A DNA stretch of 32,000 nt, taken from NCBI RefSeq assembly GCF_001548275.1, contig NZ_AP014945.1:810001-842000 (forward strand), in the 5' to 3' direction. The number at the start of each line of letters is the position of its first letter. The first letter of the stretch is position 1. Of the stretch, positions 15,261-25,846 are shown in pieces. Under the pieces are notes generated by a model. That model searched no databases. It was not told where the DNA came from and saw nothing but the letters and a program-made list of their open reading frames with translations. This DNA comes from Caldimicrobium thiodismutans (lineage in GTDB: Bacteria; Desulfobacterota; Thermodesulfobacteria; Thermodesulfobacteriales; Thermodesulfobacteriaceae). A program made the position numbers and the translations under genes.

Positions 15261-15527
15261 ATGGACTTGGATAAGGATCTTTGCAATTTAATCAACTTCA
15301 ATACTTTTATCCTTTCCCTTAACACAGCTGCCCTTGTGCACCTTGGAGAACTTCCTGATCCCATAACTAACCGTAAGGAGCTAAATCTGACTTTGGCCAG
15401 GCATACTATTGAAACCCTGGAGATGCTCAAAGAAAAGACCAAAGGTAATCTTACCCTTGAGGAAGAAAAACTTCTCCAAAGTATTCTCTACGAATTAAAG
15501 CTTAAATATGTAAAGATCTGTAGTTAA
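15261..15527 (+). CDS. DUF1844 domain protein
   Basis: 88 aa. FILSLNTAALVHLGELPDP....NLTLARHTIETLEMLKEKTKGNLTLEEEKLL matches my memory of the DUF1844 consensus. Confidence 0.65.
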   Translation: MDLDKDLCNLINFNTFILSLNTAALVHLGELPDPITNRKELNLTLARHTIETLEMLKEKTKGNLTLEEEKLLQSILYELKLKYVKICS

Positions 15528-15543
15528 TCCCTATCAAAATTTA

Positions 15544-16389
15544 ATGAAATCCCTATTTTGTTTAGCTCCAGCAAAAATTAATCTTACCCTTCAGGTATTG
15601 CGAAAAAGAGAAGACTGCTATCATGAGATTTATAGCCTCTTTCAAAAGGTTTCCCTCTTTGATGAATTAGAGATAGAAAGAGAACGCCCTTCCTTTGAAT
15701 TGATCTTTGAGTGTGATGAAGAGATTGAGCTTGAAAAGAACCTTCTCTATAAGGCCTGGAGACTATTTAAAAATACCTTTCAAGTAAAGGAAGAGATAAA
15801 AATCTGGGTCAAAAAAAGAATTCCCCTTGGAGCAGGTTTAGGGGGAGGAAGTAGTAATGCAGGAACTCTTCTTAAAAACTTAGCCAAACTTTATGAGATT
15901 GAGAGAGCAAAACTTTTTCCTATAGCAGTAAGTCTTGGGGCGGATGTTCCATTTTTTCTTGAGGATCTCTTTGCAGCTGAAGCAACTGGCATTGGAGAGA
16001 TACTTAAACCCTTTCCATCCTTTTCTGTCTATTACCTTCTCCTCTATCCGGGTTTTAAGATTGATACTGCCTGGGCTTATCATACCCTTAACTTGACAAA
16101 AGAAAAAAATCCTATTAAATATGAAGCCTCTTTACCCCCCTGGGAGAAAAAAGAGGGACTTTTAAACGATTTTAAAGGGCTACTTTATAAGAAATACCCC
16201 CTATACGAAGACCTGGAAAGAGCTTTAAAAGAGGTAGGGGCAAAGGGTGTAAGTATCTCTGGAACGGGTTCTACCCTTTTTGGGGTATTTGAAAAGCTTC
16301 CTACCAATGCCTACCTGAGACTAAAAAAATTTTTAAAAGGTGGTAAAATATTTCTTGTTAAGAATTTAAACGGGAGTGGAGGAAATTAA
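15544..16389 (+). CDS. ispE: 4-diphosphocytidyl-2-C-methyl-D-erythritol kinase
   Basis: 281 aa. [12 protein letters not shown], the GHMP kinase motif [14 protein letters not shown], and GADVPFF. Confidence 0.9.
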   Translation: MKSLFCLAPAKINLTLQVLRKREDCYHEIYSLFQKVSLFDELEIERERPSFELIFECDEEIELEKNLLYKAWRLFKNTFQVKEEIKIWVKKRIPLGAGLGGGSSNAGTLLKNLAKLYEIERAKLFPIAVSLGADVPFFLEDLFAAEATGIGEILKPFPSFSVYYLLLYPGFKIDTAWAYHTLNLTKEKNPIKYEASLPPWEKKEGLLNDFKGLLYKKYPLYEDLERALKEVGAKGVSISGTGSTLFGVFEKLPTNAYLRLKKFLKGGKIFLVKNLNGSGGN

Positions 16390-16391
16390 AA

Positions 16392-17339
16392 ATGTTTGTT
16401 AATCACTTAAAGATTTTTTCAGGCTCAGCGAACCGTGAGTTATCTGAAAAAATCTGCAGATATTTAGCAACTCCTCTGGGACATAGCACTCTAAAAAGAT
16501 TTAGCGATGGCGAGCTCTTTGTAGAGATCGATGAAAATGTTAGAGGGGCTGATGTTTTCATTGTTCAGCCAACTTGCACCCCTGTGAATGAAAATTTGAT
16601 GGAACTTCTTATTATGATTGATGCAGCAAGAAGGGCCTCTGCCCGGCGTATAACCGCGGTTATTCCCTATTATGGCTATGCCAGGCAGGACAGAAAAACT
16701 GCCCCCAGAACTCCTATTTCAGCAAAACTTGTGGCAAACCTTATTGTAGTTGCTGGGGCAAGAAGGGTTTTAACTATGGATCTTCATGCCGGGCAGATTC
16801 AGGGCTTTTTTGACATTCCTGTTGATCATCTCTATGCCTTACCAGTATTTTTGCAGTATATAAAAGAGCATTTTAAAGGAAATGAGATAGTAATTGTCTC
16901 TCCAGATGCTGGGGGAGTTGAAAGGGCAAGAGAGTATGCCAAAAGATTAGAAAGCACCATGGCTATTGTGGATAAAAGAAGGCCCAGGCCTAACGAATCA
17001 GAGGTTATGAGTATCATAGGGGATGTAAGGGACAAAATTGCAGTAATTATTGATGATATGGTAGATACGGCTGGAACCATCTGTAAGGCAGCTGAGGCTA
17101 TTTTAGATAGAGGGGCAAGGGAGGTCTATGCTATTGCCACTCATCCTGTCCTTTCAGGAAAAGCCCTTGAAAGGATTGCCGCTTCTCCACTGAAAGCCCT
17201 AATTGTTAGTGATACTATTCCTCTAAGAGAAGAGGCTAAAGTCCTTGATAAAATAAAGGTTTTGAGTGTAGCTAATCTCCTTGGAGAGGCTATAAGAAGG
17301 ATTCACACCGACGATTCTATAAGTTCACTTTTTATATAA
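16392..17339 (+). CDS. prs: Ribose-phosphate pyrophosphokinase
   Basis: 315 aa. [35 protein letters not shown], and the PRPP-binding motif [12 protein letters not shown]. Confidence 0.95.
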   Translation: MFVNHLKIFSGSANRELSEKICRYLATPLGHSTLKRFSDGELFVEIDENVRGADVFIVQPTCTPVNENLMELLIMIDAARRASARRITAVIPYYGYARQDRKTAPRTPISAKLVANLIVVAGARRVLTMDLHAGQIQGFFDIPVDHLYALPVFLQYIKEHFKGNEIVIVSPDAGGVERAREYAKRLESTMAIVDKRRPRPNESEVMSIIGDVRDKIAVIIDDMVDTAGTICKAAEAILDRGAREVYAIATHPVLSGKALERIAASPLKALIVSDTIPLREEAKVLDKIKVLSVANLLGEAIRRIHTDDSISSLFI

Positions 17340-17586
17340 AAATTAAAGAAGGAGTCAACTATCAGAAAATAGGGTAAGTTAAAAATGTTAGCCATGGCAA
17401 ATCACCTCGGAATTATTAATCCTTTTATTAAAATTTTTACGGGAATAGAATTAAAGTTGTCCCTCATTCCATCCCCCCATGTGGCAAGGGCTTTTAGCTT
17501 AAACCTTTTCAATGGGAGTTGAAGGACAAAATTAAGCAAAGGAGACATGCTTATATTATAAACAAAAAAATTGTAGGAGGTTTTTT

Positions 17587-18171
17587 ATGAAGCTGGTAAC
17601 CTTAAATGCTATGAAAAGGGAAAAGACCGGTAAAGAGACCGCCAAAAAAATGCGTAAAGCTGGGTATATCCCAGCTATTCTTTACGGTAAGGGAGCTCAG
17701 CCTCTTCCCTTTGGAGTGAGATATCCAGAATTCGAGAAAGTTTACAGGCGCCATCATGGAGAGACAGTTATCTATACCCTTAACTTTGAAAATGGAGAAA
17801 ACTTGATGAAACAGGCCATTCTTAAAGAGATCCAGCGGGATCCTGTTACAGATATGTTTATCCACCTTGATTTTCAGGTTATAGAAGAGGATAAACCCAT
17901 AGAACTCAAGGTACCTCTTGAATTTGTAGGAAAACCCGTTGGAATCACGAAAGGTGGAGTCCTTGAGATACACCTCCATGATATTGTAGTTGAATGTCTG
18001 CCTGTGCATATTCCAGATAAGATTACTGTTGATCTAAGTAAATTAGATGTGGGCCAGAGTTTACATGTAAGAGATATCAAAGTCCCTGAAACTATTAAAA
18101 TTGTTAGTAGCCCTGGAGAGACGGTAGCAACCTTAGTAGCTGAAGAAGAGGAGATTCAAGCCTCTGAATAG
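17587..18171 (+). CDS. rplY: 50S ribosomal protein L25 / general stress protein Ctc
   Basis: 194 aa. GKETAKKMRKAGYIPAILYGKG, HLDFQ, plus the Ctc-type C-terminal domain and acidic tail. SD is AGGAGG. Confidence 0.9.
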   Translation: MKLVTLNAMKREKTGKETAKKMRKAGYIPAILYGKGAQPLPFGVRYPEFEKVYRRHHGETVIYTLNFENGENLMKQAILKEIQRDPVTDMFIHLDFQVIEEDKPIELKVPLEFVGKPVGITKGGVLEIHLHDIVVECLPVHIPDKITVDLSKLDVGQSLHVRDIKVPETIKIVSSPGETVATLVAEEEEIQASE

Positions 18172-18209
18172 GCTTCAGCCTAAAAATTATATTGAGGTAT
18201 TAAGGTTTT

Positions 18210-18767
18210 GTGTGGATATATTGCGGACTTGGGAATCCAGGACTTACCTATGAAAAAACACGGCACAACTTTGGCTTTCTTGCGCTTACAGCCTTTGCTA
18301 CTAAGCACAAGCTCAATTTTCAAATGAATTCGGCCTTAGAGAGTGAGCTTGCCTTTTACAGAGACAAAGCCATACTATTGAAGCCTATGACTTATATGAA
18401 TCTTTCAGGGAGGGCGGTTAAAAAGGCCTTAAATAAATATGGACTTAGTCCTCAAAATCTTCTTGTTATTTATGATGACCTTGATCTTCCTCTTGGAAGG
18501 ATGAAACTTTTACCCAAGGGTGGGTCAGGGGGACATCGAGGGGTTCAATCTATTATTTCAGAGCTTCAAACCAAAGAATTTCCAAGATTGAGACTTGGGA
18601 TTGGACGCCCTGAAAAAGGCGATCCAAGGGATTATGTCCTTTCACCTTTCAGGGAAGAAGAATGGCCAATAGTTGAGAGCGTGCTTGAAAAAGTGGTTTT
18701 AGCTCTGGAAGAACTTTTATATCATGGACTTTTAAAAACCATGCATAAAGTAAATTCTGGAGAGTAG
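18210..18767 (+). CDS. pth: Peptidyl-tRNA hydrolase
   Basis: 185 aa. GLGNPGLTYEKTRHNFGF, MNLSGRAV, DDLDLPLGRMKL.PKGGSGGHRG, LRLGIGRP. GTG start. Confidence 0.9.
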   Translation: MWIYCGLGNPGLTYEKTRHNFGFLALTAFATKHKLNFQMNSALESELAFYRDKAILLKPMTYMNLSGRAVKKALNKYGLSPQNLLVIYDDLDLPLGRMKLLPKGGSGGHRGVQSIISELQTKEFPRLRLGIGRPEKGDPRDYVLSPFREEEWPIVESVLEKVVLALEELLYHGLLKTMHKVNSGE

Positions 18768-18770
18768 GTA

Positions 18771-19241
18771 ATGACTCCTGAAGAAAAATCCCAAAACTTT
18801 AGAATTCGGGCAAGAGAGTTTTTTATCAAGTTGGAAGAGTATCTCTATTATCTCGTAGCTATAGGGCTGATTATAGGTTTTGGCATTGTTATGATAGATG
18901 GTTTAGTCATTCTTATCAATTTATACAATACCGCTAATTTTACAGAGGGAGCCATTAAGTTTTTAGATAAAATACTTGTTTCTCTGATATTTCTGGAGAT
19001 TTTCTATACAGTTTTAGTTGCCATTTTAGAGGAAAGTGCTGTAAAGTGTGTTGAACCCTTTATTTTGGTTGCTATTACTGCCCTGGTTAGAAGATTATTA
19101 ATTCTTTCTTTTGAGCTCTCCCATCCCACTATCTTTTCTACAGAGAGAATGAAGTATTATCTTATTGAGATGGCCCTGGTTGGGATATTGATTTTAATGC
19201 TTATCTTTAGTCTTATTCTCTTTAGAAGGAGTAAGAGATAA
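18771..19241 (+). CDS. PsiE-like (phosphate-starvation-inducible E family) membrane protein
   Basis: 156 aa with four predicted TM helices. The [10 protein letters not shown]...[15 protein letters not shown] pattern resembles E. coli PsiE (FEFIALIV...IGITAIVRLIIV). Confidence 0.55.
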   Translation: MTPEEKSQNFRIRAREFFIKLEEYLYYLVAIGLIIGFGIVMIDGLVILINLYNTANFTEGAIKFLDKILVSLIFLEIFYTVLVAILEESAVKCVEPFILVAITALVRRLLILSFELSHPTIFSTERMKYYLIEMALVGILILMLIFSLILFRRSKR

Positions 19242-20788
19242 TGGAACACCCTGAAAAAATTTTAGTTCTTGATTTTGGCTCTCAGACTACCCAGCTTATC
19301 GCCAGAAGAATCAGGGAACTTTCTGTTTATAGTGAGATAAAGGCCTGCTTTGTAAGTCTAAAAGAGATTAAAGACTTTCAGCCCAAGGGAATTATCTTAT
19401 CTGGTGGACCAGCCAGTGTATATGATGAAGATTCTCCCAAGGTTGATCCAGCCCTTTTTGATCTCGGAATTCCTGTGTTGGGGATTTGTTATGGTGCTCA
19501 GCTTATGAGCTATCTCCTGGGGGGAAGAGTAGAAAGAAGTCTCAAAAGGGAATTTGGTTTTGCAGAAATAGAGCTTTTAAAGGACTCTCCCTTTTTTAAA
19601 GGACTCAGTCTTGACCAGAAATATCAAGTCTGGATGAGCCACAGTGATAGAGTAGAAGCCCTGCCCCCAGGCTTTGTTGCAATTGCCAGAACTAATAATT
19701 CTCCCTACGCAGCCTTTACCCACGAAGAAAAGCCCCTTTTTGCTGTTCAGTTTCATCCAGAGGTTGTTCATACAGAAATTGGAAAGGATCTTCTGAGGAA
19801 TTTTGTCTTTGAGATATGTGGTTGTAGTCAAACCTGGACAATGCCCTCCTTTATTGAAAAAACTGTTGAGGAGATATCTATAAAAATAAAGCCTGAAGAA
19901 AAGGTCATCTGTGCCCTCTCCGGAGGTATAGACTCAACAGTTACAGCCCTTCTTGTGCATAGAGCCATAGGAGATAGGTTAATTTCCGTTTTTGTTAATA
20001 ATGGTCTTTTGAGGAAGGGAGAGGCAGAAGAGGTCCTTGCTCTTATGGAAGGCTTGGGTCTAAAACCTGTCTATGTGGATGCAAGTTCGCTCTTTTTGGA
20101 AAGATTAAAGGGTGTTGTTGATCCAGAGTTAAAGAGAAAAATCATTGGTGAGACCTTTATTGAGGTCTTTGAAAAAAAGGCACAAGAATTTAAGGGGGTT
20201 AAATATCTTGCTCAGGGGACTCTTTATCCAGATGTGATTGAATCCTGCTCCTTTAGAGGACCTTCCGCAAGAATTAAGAGCCATCACAATGTGGGAGGTC
20301 TTCCAGAAAAAATGCAGCTTAAGCTCATTGAACCCTTAAGGGAGCTTTTTAAAGATGAGGTAAGAAAGATTGCTGAGCTCCTGGGTCTTCCAAAGAAGAT
20401 TATCTGGAGACAGCCTTTCCCTGGACCAGGACTTGCAGTAAGAATCTTAGGAGAGGTGACCACAGACAAGCTTGCTATTCTCAGAGAGGCTGATGCTATT
20501 GTTATAGAGGAGATGCTTGCCTCTAACTGGTATTATAAAGTTTGGCAGAGTTTTGCTGTCCTTCTTCCCGTAAGAACAGTTGGTGTTATGGGAGATGCGA
20601 GAACCTATGATTATGTAATAGCTATAAGGGTAGTTGAAAGTCAAGATGCTATGACAGCTGACTGGGTAAGGCTTCCTTATGACCTCCTTGCCCGTATTTC
20701 AAATCGTATCATTAATGAGGTAGCCGGAGTAAATAGGGTAGTTTATGATATATCTTCCAAACCTCCAGCAACTATTGAATGGGAATAA
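19241..20788 (+). CDS. guaA: GMP synthase (glutamine-hydrolysing)
   Basis: 515 aa. GATase domain ([12 protein letters not shown]), PP-loop SGGIDSTV, and the C-terminal dimerisation domain ending PPATIEWE. Confidence 0.95.
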   Translation: MEHPEKILVLDFGSQTTQLIARRIRELSVYSEIKACFVSLKEIKDFQPKGIILSGGPASVYDEDSPKVDPALFDLGIPVLGICYGAQLMSYLLGGRVERSLKREFGFAEIELLKDSPFFKGLSLDQKYQVWMSHSDRVEALPPGFVAIARTNNSPYAAFTHEEKPLFAVQFHPEVVHTEIGKDLLRNFVFEICGCSQTWTMPSFIEKTVEEISIKIKPEEKVICALSGGIDSTVTALLVHRAIGDRLISVFVNNGLLRKGEAEEVLALMEGLGLKPVYVDASSLFLERLKGVVDPELKRKIIGETFIEVFEKKAQEFKGVKYLAQGTLYPDVIESCSFRGPSARIKSHHNVGGLPEKMQLKLIEPLRELFKDEVRKIAELLGLPKKIIWRQPFPGPGLAVRILGEVTTDKLAILREADAIVIEEMLASNWYYKVWQSFAVLLPVRTVGVMGDARTYDYVIAIRVVESQDAMTADWVRLPYDLLARISNRIINEVAGVNRVVYDISSKPPATIEWE

Positions 20789-21342
20789 ATTGGAGAAGAA
20801 GGCTCTTTCACATAATCGCATCTCTTTTCTTTTTTGCTCTTTCAAAGCTCCTGAATAAAACTTCTTTTCAGATCTTTCTTTTCTTTTCAGGAGGTTTACT
20901 TTTCCTCTGGGAAACTTTACGCCTTAAATTTCCGGAGAGGGTTCCTTTTAAAGGTCTCTGGATAGGGCTCCTTAAAGAAAGAGAAAAAAGGGAACTGAGT
21001 GATGCCTCCTTTTTTATTTTAGGGATTTTCATTAGCTCTTTATTAGTTTCAGAAGTATATCTTGGAGTTTGTATTCTCATCCTGGGTATTTCTGATCCTT
21101 TAGCTGGAATAGCTGGTAGCTATTGCCCAAAGGGGCCCTTTATAAAAGGTAAAACCCTTGTGGGAAGCTTGGTTTTCTTTTTTTCCTCTCTTGGAATTAC
21201 CCTTTATTTTCTTGAATTTCCCTTGATAACTCTTTTGGGACTTGTCCTATTTTTAAGCCTGATTGAGCTTTTTACCAAACGGGATAATTTCTGGATACCT
21301 GTAGCCTATTCAATTTATCTGAGGCTATTCTTGACAAGGTGA
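20779..21342 (+). CDS. Polyprenol/diacylglycerol kinase family membrane protein (COG0170 dolichol-kinase-like, CTP-dependent)
   Basis: 187 aa, polytopic. RRRLFHII start motif, [13 protein letters not shown]....KGKTLVGSL and a RDNFWIP-type C-terminal motif are typical of the SEC59/phytol kinase family. Confidence 0.55.
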   Translation: MGINWRRRLFHIIASLFFFALSKLLNKTSFQIFLFFSGGLLFLWETLRLKFPERVPFKGLWIGLLKEREKRELSDASFFILGIFISSLLVSEVYLGVCILILGISDPLAGIAGSYCPKGPFIKGKTLVGSLVFFFSSLGITLYFLEFPLITLLGLVLFLSLIELFTKRDNFWIPVAYSIYLRLFLTR

Positions 21343-21359
21343 GGACTATAGATTATATT
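21331..21359 (+). promoter_or_regulatory. Sigma-70-type promoter of the tRNA-Lys/tRNA-Glu pair
   Basis: TTGACA (21331-21336, inside the last codons of the upstream CDS), 17-nt spacer, TATATT (21354-21359). The tRNA starts 12 nt downstream. Confidence 0.6.
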
Positions 21360-21371
21360 TATAGCATATTT

Positions 21372-21444
21372 GGGCCGCTAACTCAGACGGTAGAGTACCA
21401 GCCTTTTAAGCTGGGAGTCGCAGGTTCGAGTCCTGCGCGGCCCA
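21372..21444 (+). tRNA. tRNA-Lys (anticodon TTT)
   Basis: Acceptor GGGCCGC/GCGGCCC, anticodon stem CCAGC/GCTGG with loop CTTTTAA, T arm GCAGG-TTCGAGT-CCTGC, discriminator A. Confidence 0.9.
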
Positions 21445-21457
21445 TGGTGGAAAAGCT

Positions 21458-21532
21458 GCCCCCATCGTCTAGCCAGGTCCAGGACATCGGCCTTTCACGC
21501 CGGCGACAGGGGTTCGAATCCCCTTGGGGGCG
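21458..21532 (+). tRNA. tRNA-Glu (anticodon TTC)
   Basis: Acceptor GCCCCCA/TGGGGGC, anticodon loop CTTTCAC, T arm AGGGG-TTCGAAT-CCCCT, discriminator G. Confidence 0.9.
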
Positions 21533-21567
21533 CTTCTTTTGAAAATGTAAAAGGAGGATTTTTTGGC

Positions 21568-21780
21568 ATGGCCAGGCATAAAAAGATCGAGAGAATGAAA
21601 GAGATTGAGAGGCGGAGGAGAAGAAGGGAAAAACTTTCTAAACTTCGTGCTAAAGGTCTCTTCCCAAGGCCTGAGGGCTATGATCCCACTATTTATTCCT
21701 ATGTGGCTTATGCAGTTGCTAAGGGTATTATGACCCTTGAGCAGGCCTTAGCTCGCTTAGAAAAGGCTAAGCTTTCATAA
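21568..21780 (+). CDS. Small basic hypothetical protein (70 aa, Arg/Lys-rich N-terminus)
   Basis: Strong SD (AAAGGAGG) 8-9 nt upstream. MARHKKIERMKEIERRRRRREKLSKLRAKG, then a helical C-terminal half. An intrinsic terminator follows. I cannot assign a family with confidence. Confidence 0.6.
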   Translation: MARHKKIERMKEIERRRRRREKLSKLRAKGLFPRPEGYDPTIYSYVAYAVAKGIMTLEQALARLEKAKLS

Positions 21781-21803
21781 AGCCTTACAAAAGGATGTCT
21801 CAG

Positions 21804-21834
21804 AAACCCCGCTTAGGAAGCGGGGTTTTCTTTT
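21804..21834 (+). terminator. Rho-independent terminator
   Basis: Perfect inverted repeat AAACCCCGCTT (21804-21814) / AAGCGGGGTTT (21818-21828), followed by TCTTTT. Confidence 0.8.
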
Positions 21835-22566
21835 ATGAACCCCCTCTTAAAAGTTAAAGGGCTCTCCAAAAGCTTTGGAGAAAAGGTAGTTCTGAGGGAT
21901 ATATCCTTTGAGGTTAATCCCAAAGATATTCTGGGTATAATAGGTCCAAATGGGGCAGGTAAAAGTTCCCTTCTCTACCTTCTACTGGGAATCATAACTC
22001 CAGACCAAGGTGAGATCCTTTATTTTGGAAAGGACTTTTTTAAAGAAAGAAGCCTTCTTTTAGAAAAGGTTGGATTTGCTTCTCATTATGTAAGTCTTCC
22101 CTTTTCTCTATCAGTAAAAGAAAATCTTCGCATTTTTGGGCACCTTTATGGGGTAAAGGCTTCAGAGAGAAGGATTGATGAGCTCCTTGAGCTCTTCAAA
22201 TTAAAAGAAAAGGCAGATGCCCTTACAAGAACCCTCTCATCAGGAGAGATGATGCGTCTTAACTTAGTAAGGGCTAATCTTTCAGCTCCTAAGATTTTAC
22301 TTCTTGACGAACCTACAGCAGGCCTTGATCCGGAATATATTAGATATGTTGCTAAGGTATTAAAAGATAAGGCTCAAAAAGAGGAATTAGCCATTATTCT
22401 CACTTCTCATCAATTAGGAGAGCTTGAAAGGATGGTAAATAAACTCCTTCTGTTAAAGGAAGGACAAGTGATTGGATATGGAAGTGTGGATAAACTTTTT
22501 CAAAGATTTGAGGTAACCGATCTTGAGGAATTATATTTCAAGGTCTTTGGAGATGTCAGGACTTAA
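21835..22566 (+). CDS. ABC transporter ATP-binding protein (ABC-2 exporter type)
   Basis: 243 aa. Walker A GPNGAGKSS, signature LSSGEMMRL, Walker B LLLDEPTAGLD. Confidence 0.9.
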   Translation: MNPLLKVKGLSKSFGEKVVLRDISFEVNPKDILGIIGPNGAGKSSLLYLLLGIITPDQGEILYFGKDFFKERSLLLEKVGFASHYVSLPFSLSVKENLRIFGHLYGVKASERRIDELLELFKLKEKADALTRTLSSGEMMRLNLVRANLSAPKILLLDEPTAGLDPEYIRYVAKVLKDKAQKEELAIILTSHQLGELERMVNKLLLLKEGQVIGYGSVDKLFQRFEVTDLEELYFKVFGDVRT

Positions 22567-23353
22567 ATTTAGACGAGTCTGGGGAATACTTTTAAGACAT
22601 CTTTATCTGCTTAAGCACTCTTTTAGTCGCTGGCTTGATCTTCTATACTGGCCTACAGTTGATCTCCTTCTCTGGGGATTTATAACCCTATACCTTCAAA
22701 GGGAATCCCAAACTGGCATTAGCTTAGCCTCTCTATTTCTCGGAGCTCTTATTTTTTGGAATATTTTGATTAGAGCTCAACAGGGGCTTGCAGTAGGGTT
22801 CCTTGAAGATATCTGGGCAAGAAATCTTCTTCATCTTTTTGTTTCTCCCTTGAAGGTTTCAGAATACATTTTAGGCCTTTTTCTTTATAGCCTTTTTAAG
22901 GCTGTTCTTGCCTCGGGGGTGATGAGTCTCCTTTCCATTTTTCTCTTTCACTTTAATTTTTTCTCTCAGGGTCTTTATGTCTTTTACCTTACCTTTGGGC
23001 TTATTCTTTTTGCCTGGGCAATCGGCCTCTTAACCATTGCCTTTATTCTATATTTTGGTCAGGAAGCTGAAATTCTGGCCTGGGCTCTTGCCCTCTTCTT
23101 TTTGCCCTTTTCAGCAGTCTTTTATCCAGTTTCTGCTCTACCCCCTTTTTTTCAAAAAATTGCCTCCTTTGTCCCGGCTTCATACTTTTTTGAGAGTTTT
23201 CGGTTTCTTATGCTCAAGGCTCAAACCTCCTTTTCAATGCTTATAAAGGGTTATCTCCTCACCATTATCTATCTCCTTTTAAGTTCTTTTGTCTTCATCC
23301 TCTCCTTTAAAAAGGCCCAATCTCAGGGAAAGCTTATTAAAATTGGTGAATAA
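22523..23353 (+). CDS. ABC-2 type transporter permease
   Basis: 276 aa with about six TM helices, immediately after and overlapping the ATPase gene. The start is ambiguous: TTG 22523 (GAGG ~9 nt upstream) or ATG 22553. Confidence 0.75.
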   Translation: MRNYISRSLEMSGLKFRRVWGILLRHLYLLKHSFSRWLDLLYWPTVDLLLWGFITLYLQRESQTGISLASLFLGALIFWNILIRAQQGLAVGFLEDIWARNLLHLFVSPLKVSEYILGLFLYSLFKAVLASGVMSLLSIFLFHFNFFSQGLYVFYLTFGLILFAWAIGLLTIAFILYFGQEAEILAWALALFFLPFSAVFYPVSALPPFFQKIASFVPASYFFESFRFLMLKAQTSFSMLIKGYLLTIIYLLLSSFVFILSFKKAQSQGKLIKIGE

Positions 23354-23407
23354 AAAACCCTTCTACCTTGTTTTTTTAGAGAGATTGGTTATTTTTAAAA
23401 GCTAATT

Positions 23408-25216
23408 ATGAAGGATGGAAAAATTATACCTCAGGAAAAAATAAGAAACTTTAGTATCATTGCCCATATTGATCACGGGAAATCTACCTTAGCAGACCGT
23501 CTTCTTGAAATTACAGGAGCAGTCTCAGAAAGAGAGATGCGAGAGCAATACTTAGATAGGCTTGACTTAGAAAGGGAAAGGGGCATTACTATTAAAGCTC
23601 AGGCGGTAAGACTTTATTATGAAAGAAAAAAAGGCGAGGTTTATCAATTAAATCTCATAGATACTCCTGGACATGTGGATTTCAGTTATGAAGTTTCAAG
23701 GGCTCTTTCTGCCTGTGAGGGAGCACTTCTGGTAGTGGATGCCTCTCAAGGGGTTGAGGCTCAGACTCTGGCTAATGTATATTTAGCCCTTGAAAATAAT
23801 TTAGAGATTATTCCAGTTATAAATAAGATAGATCTACCTCAGGCAGATGTTGAAAAAACAAAAAGGGAGATAGAGGAGATAATTGGGCTTCCAGCTGAGG
23901 ATGCCCTTCTTGTTAGTGCCAAACAGGGAATTGGGATTAAGGAAGTCTTAGAGGCAATTGTGGAGAAAATTCCACCTCCTAAGGGAGAGAGGGACGCGCC
24001 CCTTAGGGCTTTAGTCTTTGATTCCTGGTATGATTCCTATTTGGGTGTAGTAGTCTTAGTAAGAATAGTTGAGGGAAAACTCTATCCAGGTCAAAAGATC
24101 AGGTTTCTTTCAACAGGGAAGACCTTTGAAGTCACTAAAGTAGGTGTTTTTGCACCTGAGGCTACCACTCTTGATGCCCTATATGCTGGAGAAGTTGGTT
24201 TTATAGCCGCAAGCATAAAAGAGGTAAGAGATGCCAAAATTGGAGATACCATTACTGAAGCTTCTGCCCAGGTTGAAGCACTTCCAGGATTTAAGGAGAT
24301 AAAGCCCGTTGTTTTTGCAGGTATCTTCCCAGTTGATAGTGATGATTTTCCTGAATTAAAGGAGGCCATAGAGAAACTCTGGTTGAATGATCCAGCTTTT
24401 TCTTATGAGGTTGAGACTTCAGCAGCCCTTGGTTTTGGATTTAGATGTGGATTTCAGGGGCTCCTGCATATGGAGATTGTTCAAGAAAGATTAGAACGGG
24501 AATTTAAGCTCAATCTCATTTCAACCGCGCCCTCGGTTAAATACCGGGTAAGATTAAGGAATGGTAAAGAGCTTGAGATTGAGAATCCTGCAGAATGGCC
24601 TGATCCCGGCACCATAGAGGAGGTTCTTGAGCCTTATATTCAGGCAGAAATTTATACTCCTAAGGAGTATCTGGGAGCCCTTATCAATCTCTGTGAAGAA
24701 AAAAGGGGGATTCAAAAAGAAATCAAATATCTTACTCCTGAGCGCATTGTTCTCATTTATGAGTTACCCTTTAGTGAAGTGGTGATGGACTTTTACGACA
24801 AACTCAAGAGCCTTTCTCGGGGATATGCCTCTTTAGACTATCAGTTTATAGGCTATAGACCCTCAGATCTTGTCAAGATGGATATCCTTATTAATAAACA
24901 ACCAGTTGATGCTTTATCTCTAATAGTGCACAGGGAAAAGGCCTATTACCGCGGGAGAGACCTTGTGAGCAAGCTTAAAGAGGTCATTCCCAGACAACTT
25001 TTTGAGGTGATTATTCAGGCTGCTATCGGAAGTAAAATTATAGCCAGAGAAAGAATTGCGCCCTTGAGAAAGGATGTCCTTGCCAAGTGTTATGGTGGGG
25101 ATGTTACCAGAAAAAAGAAACTCCTTGAAAAGCAAAAGGAGGGAAAAAAGAGGCTTAAATCCATCGGGCAAGTGGAGATACCTCAAGAGGCCTTTCTTGC
25201 AGTGCTAAAAATCTGA
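23408..25216 (+). CDS. lepA: Translation elongation factor 4 (LepA)
   Basis: 602 aa. [33 protein letters not shown], and the LepA-specific C-terminal domain. Confidence 0.95.
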   Translation: MKDGKIIPQEKIRNFSIIAHIDHGKSTLADRLLEITGAVSEREMREQYLDRLDLERERGITIKAQAVRLYYERKKGEVYQLNLIDTPGHVDFSYEVSRALSACEGALLVVDASQGVEAQTLANVYLALENNLEIIPVINKIDLPQADVEKTKREIEEIIGLPAEDALLVSAKQGIGIKEVLEAIVEKIPPPKGERDAPLRALVFDSWYDSYLGVVVLVRIVEGKLYPGQKIRFLSTGKTFEVTKVGVFAPEATTLDALYAGEVGFIAASIKEVRDAKIGDTITEASAQVEALPGFKEIKPVVFAGIFPVDSDDFPELKEAIEKLWLNDPAFSYEVETSAALGFGFRCGFQGLLHMEIVQERLEREFKLNLISTAPSVKYRVRLRNGKELEIENPAEWPDPGTIEEVLEPYIQAEIYTPKEYLGALINLCEEKRGIQKEIKYLTPERIVLIYELPFSEVVMDFYDKLKSLSRGYASLDYQFIGYRPSDLVKMDILINKQPVDALSLIVHREKAYYRGRDLVSKLKEVIPRQLFEVIIQAAIGSKIIARERIAPLRKDVLAKCYGGDVTRKKKLLEKQKEGKKRLKSIGQVEIPQEAFLAVLKI

Positions 25217-25235
25217 TATTGAAAAGGAGTTAAAA

Positions 25236-25841
25236 ATGACTCAGGGAAAAATTGCCGAATGGGTGAAAAGCATTATTATTGCCCTTGTTTTAGCCCTTTT
25301 TATTCGGGCCTTTTTTGTGCAAGCCTATAAGATACCCTCAGGGTCTATGATCCCTACGCTTCTTGTAGGAGATTATCTTCTGGTGAATAAGATCGTCTTT
25401 GGAATAAGAAATCCTATTAAAGATGATTTTCTTTATCGCTGGAAGATGCCTGAGCGTCAGGAGATTGTAGTCTTCACTTACCCAGTAGATAAAAAACTTG
25501 ATTTTATCAAAAGGGTTATCGGTTTACCAGGAGATACTGTTGAAATTGTGAATAAAAAGGTCTTTGTTAATGGTAAACCTTTAAAGGAGCCCTATGTTCA
25601 ATATACGGACAAAGAGGTCTATCCAAAGGAGATCAGCCCCAGAGATAACTTTGGCCCGGTAAAGGTTCCTGAGGGGCAAATTTTTGTCCTGGGAGATAAT
25701 CGAGATCAAAGCTATGATAGCCGATTTTGGGGATTTGTTCCTCTTCACTCACTTAAAGGCAAGGCCCTAATTATTTACTTTTCCTGGGACTCTGAAAATG
25801 GTGGCATTCGTTTTAAAAGGCTTGGAAAACTCATTAATTAA
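25236..25841 (+). CDS. lepB: Signal peptidase I
   Basis: 201 aa. N-terminal TM helix, SGSMIPTL (catalytic Ser), KRVIGLPGD (catalytic Lys), GDNRDQSYDSRFWG. Confidence 0.9.
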   Translation: MTQGKIAEWVKSIIIALVLALFIRAFFVQAYKIPSGSMIPTLLVGDYLLVNKIVFGIRNPIKDDFLYRWKMPERQEIVVFTYPVDKKLDFIKRVIGLPGDTVEIVNKKVFVNGKPLKEPYVQYTDKEVYPKEISPRDNFGPVKVPEGQIFVLGDNRDQSYDSRFWGFVPLHSLKGKALIIYFSWDSENGGIRFKRLGKLIN

Positions 25842-25846
25842 GGGGC

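Noticed and set aside
17340-17586. 247-bp gap upstream of rplY containing a 45-codon ORF (17385-17522, MLAMANHLGIINPF...); considered as a ribosomal-protein leader or small protein.
   Set aside because: The ORF has no convincing SD. I see no clear conserved structure and I know of no L25 leader motif to compare with. It is left unannotated.
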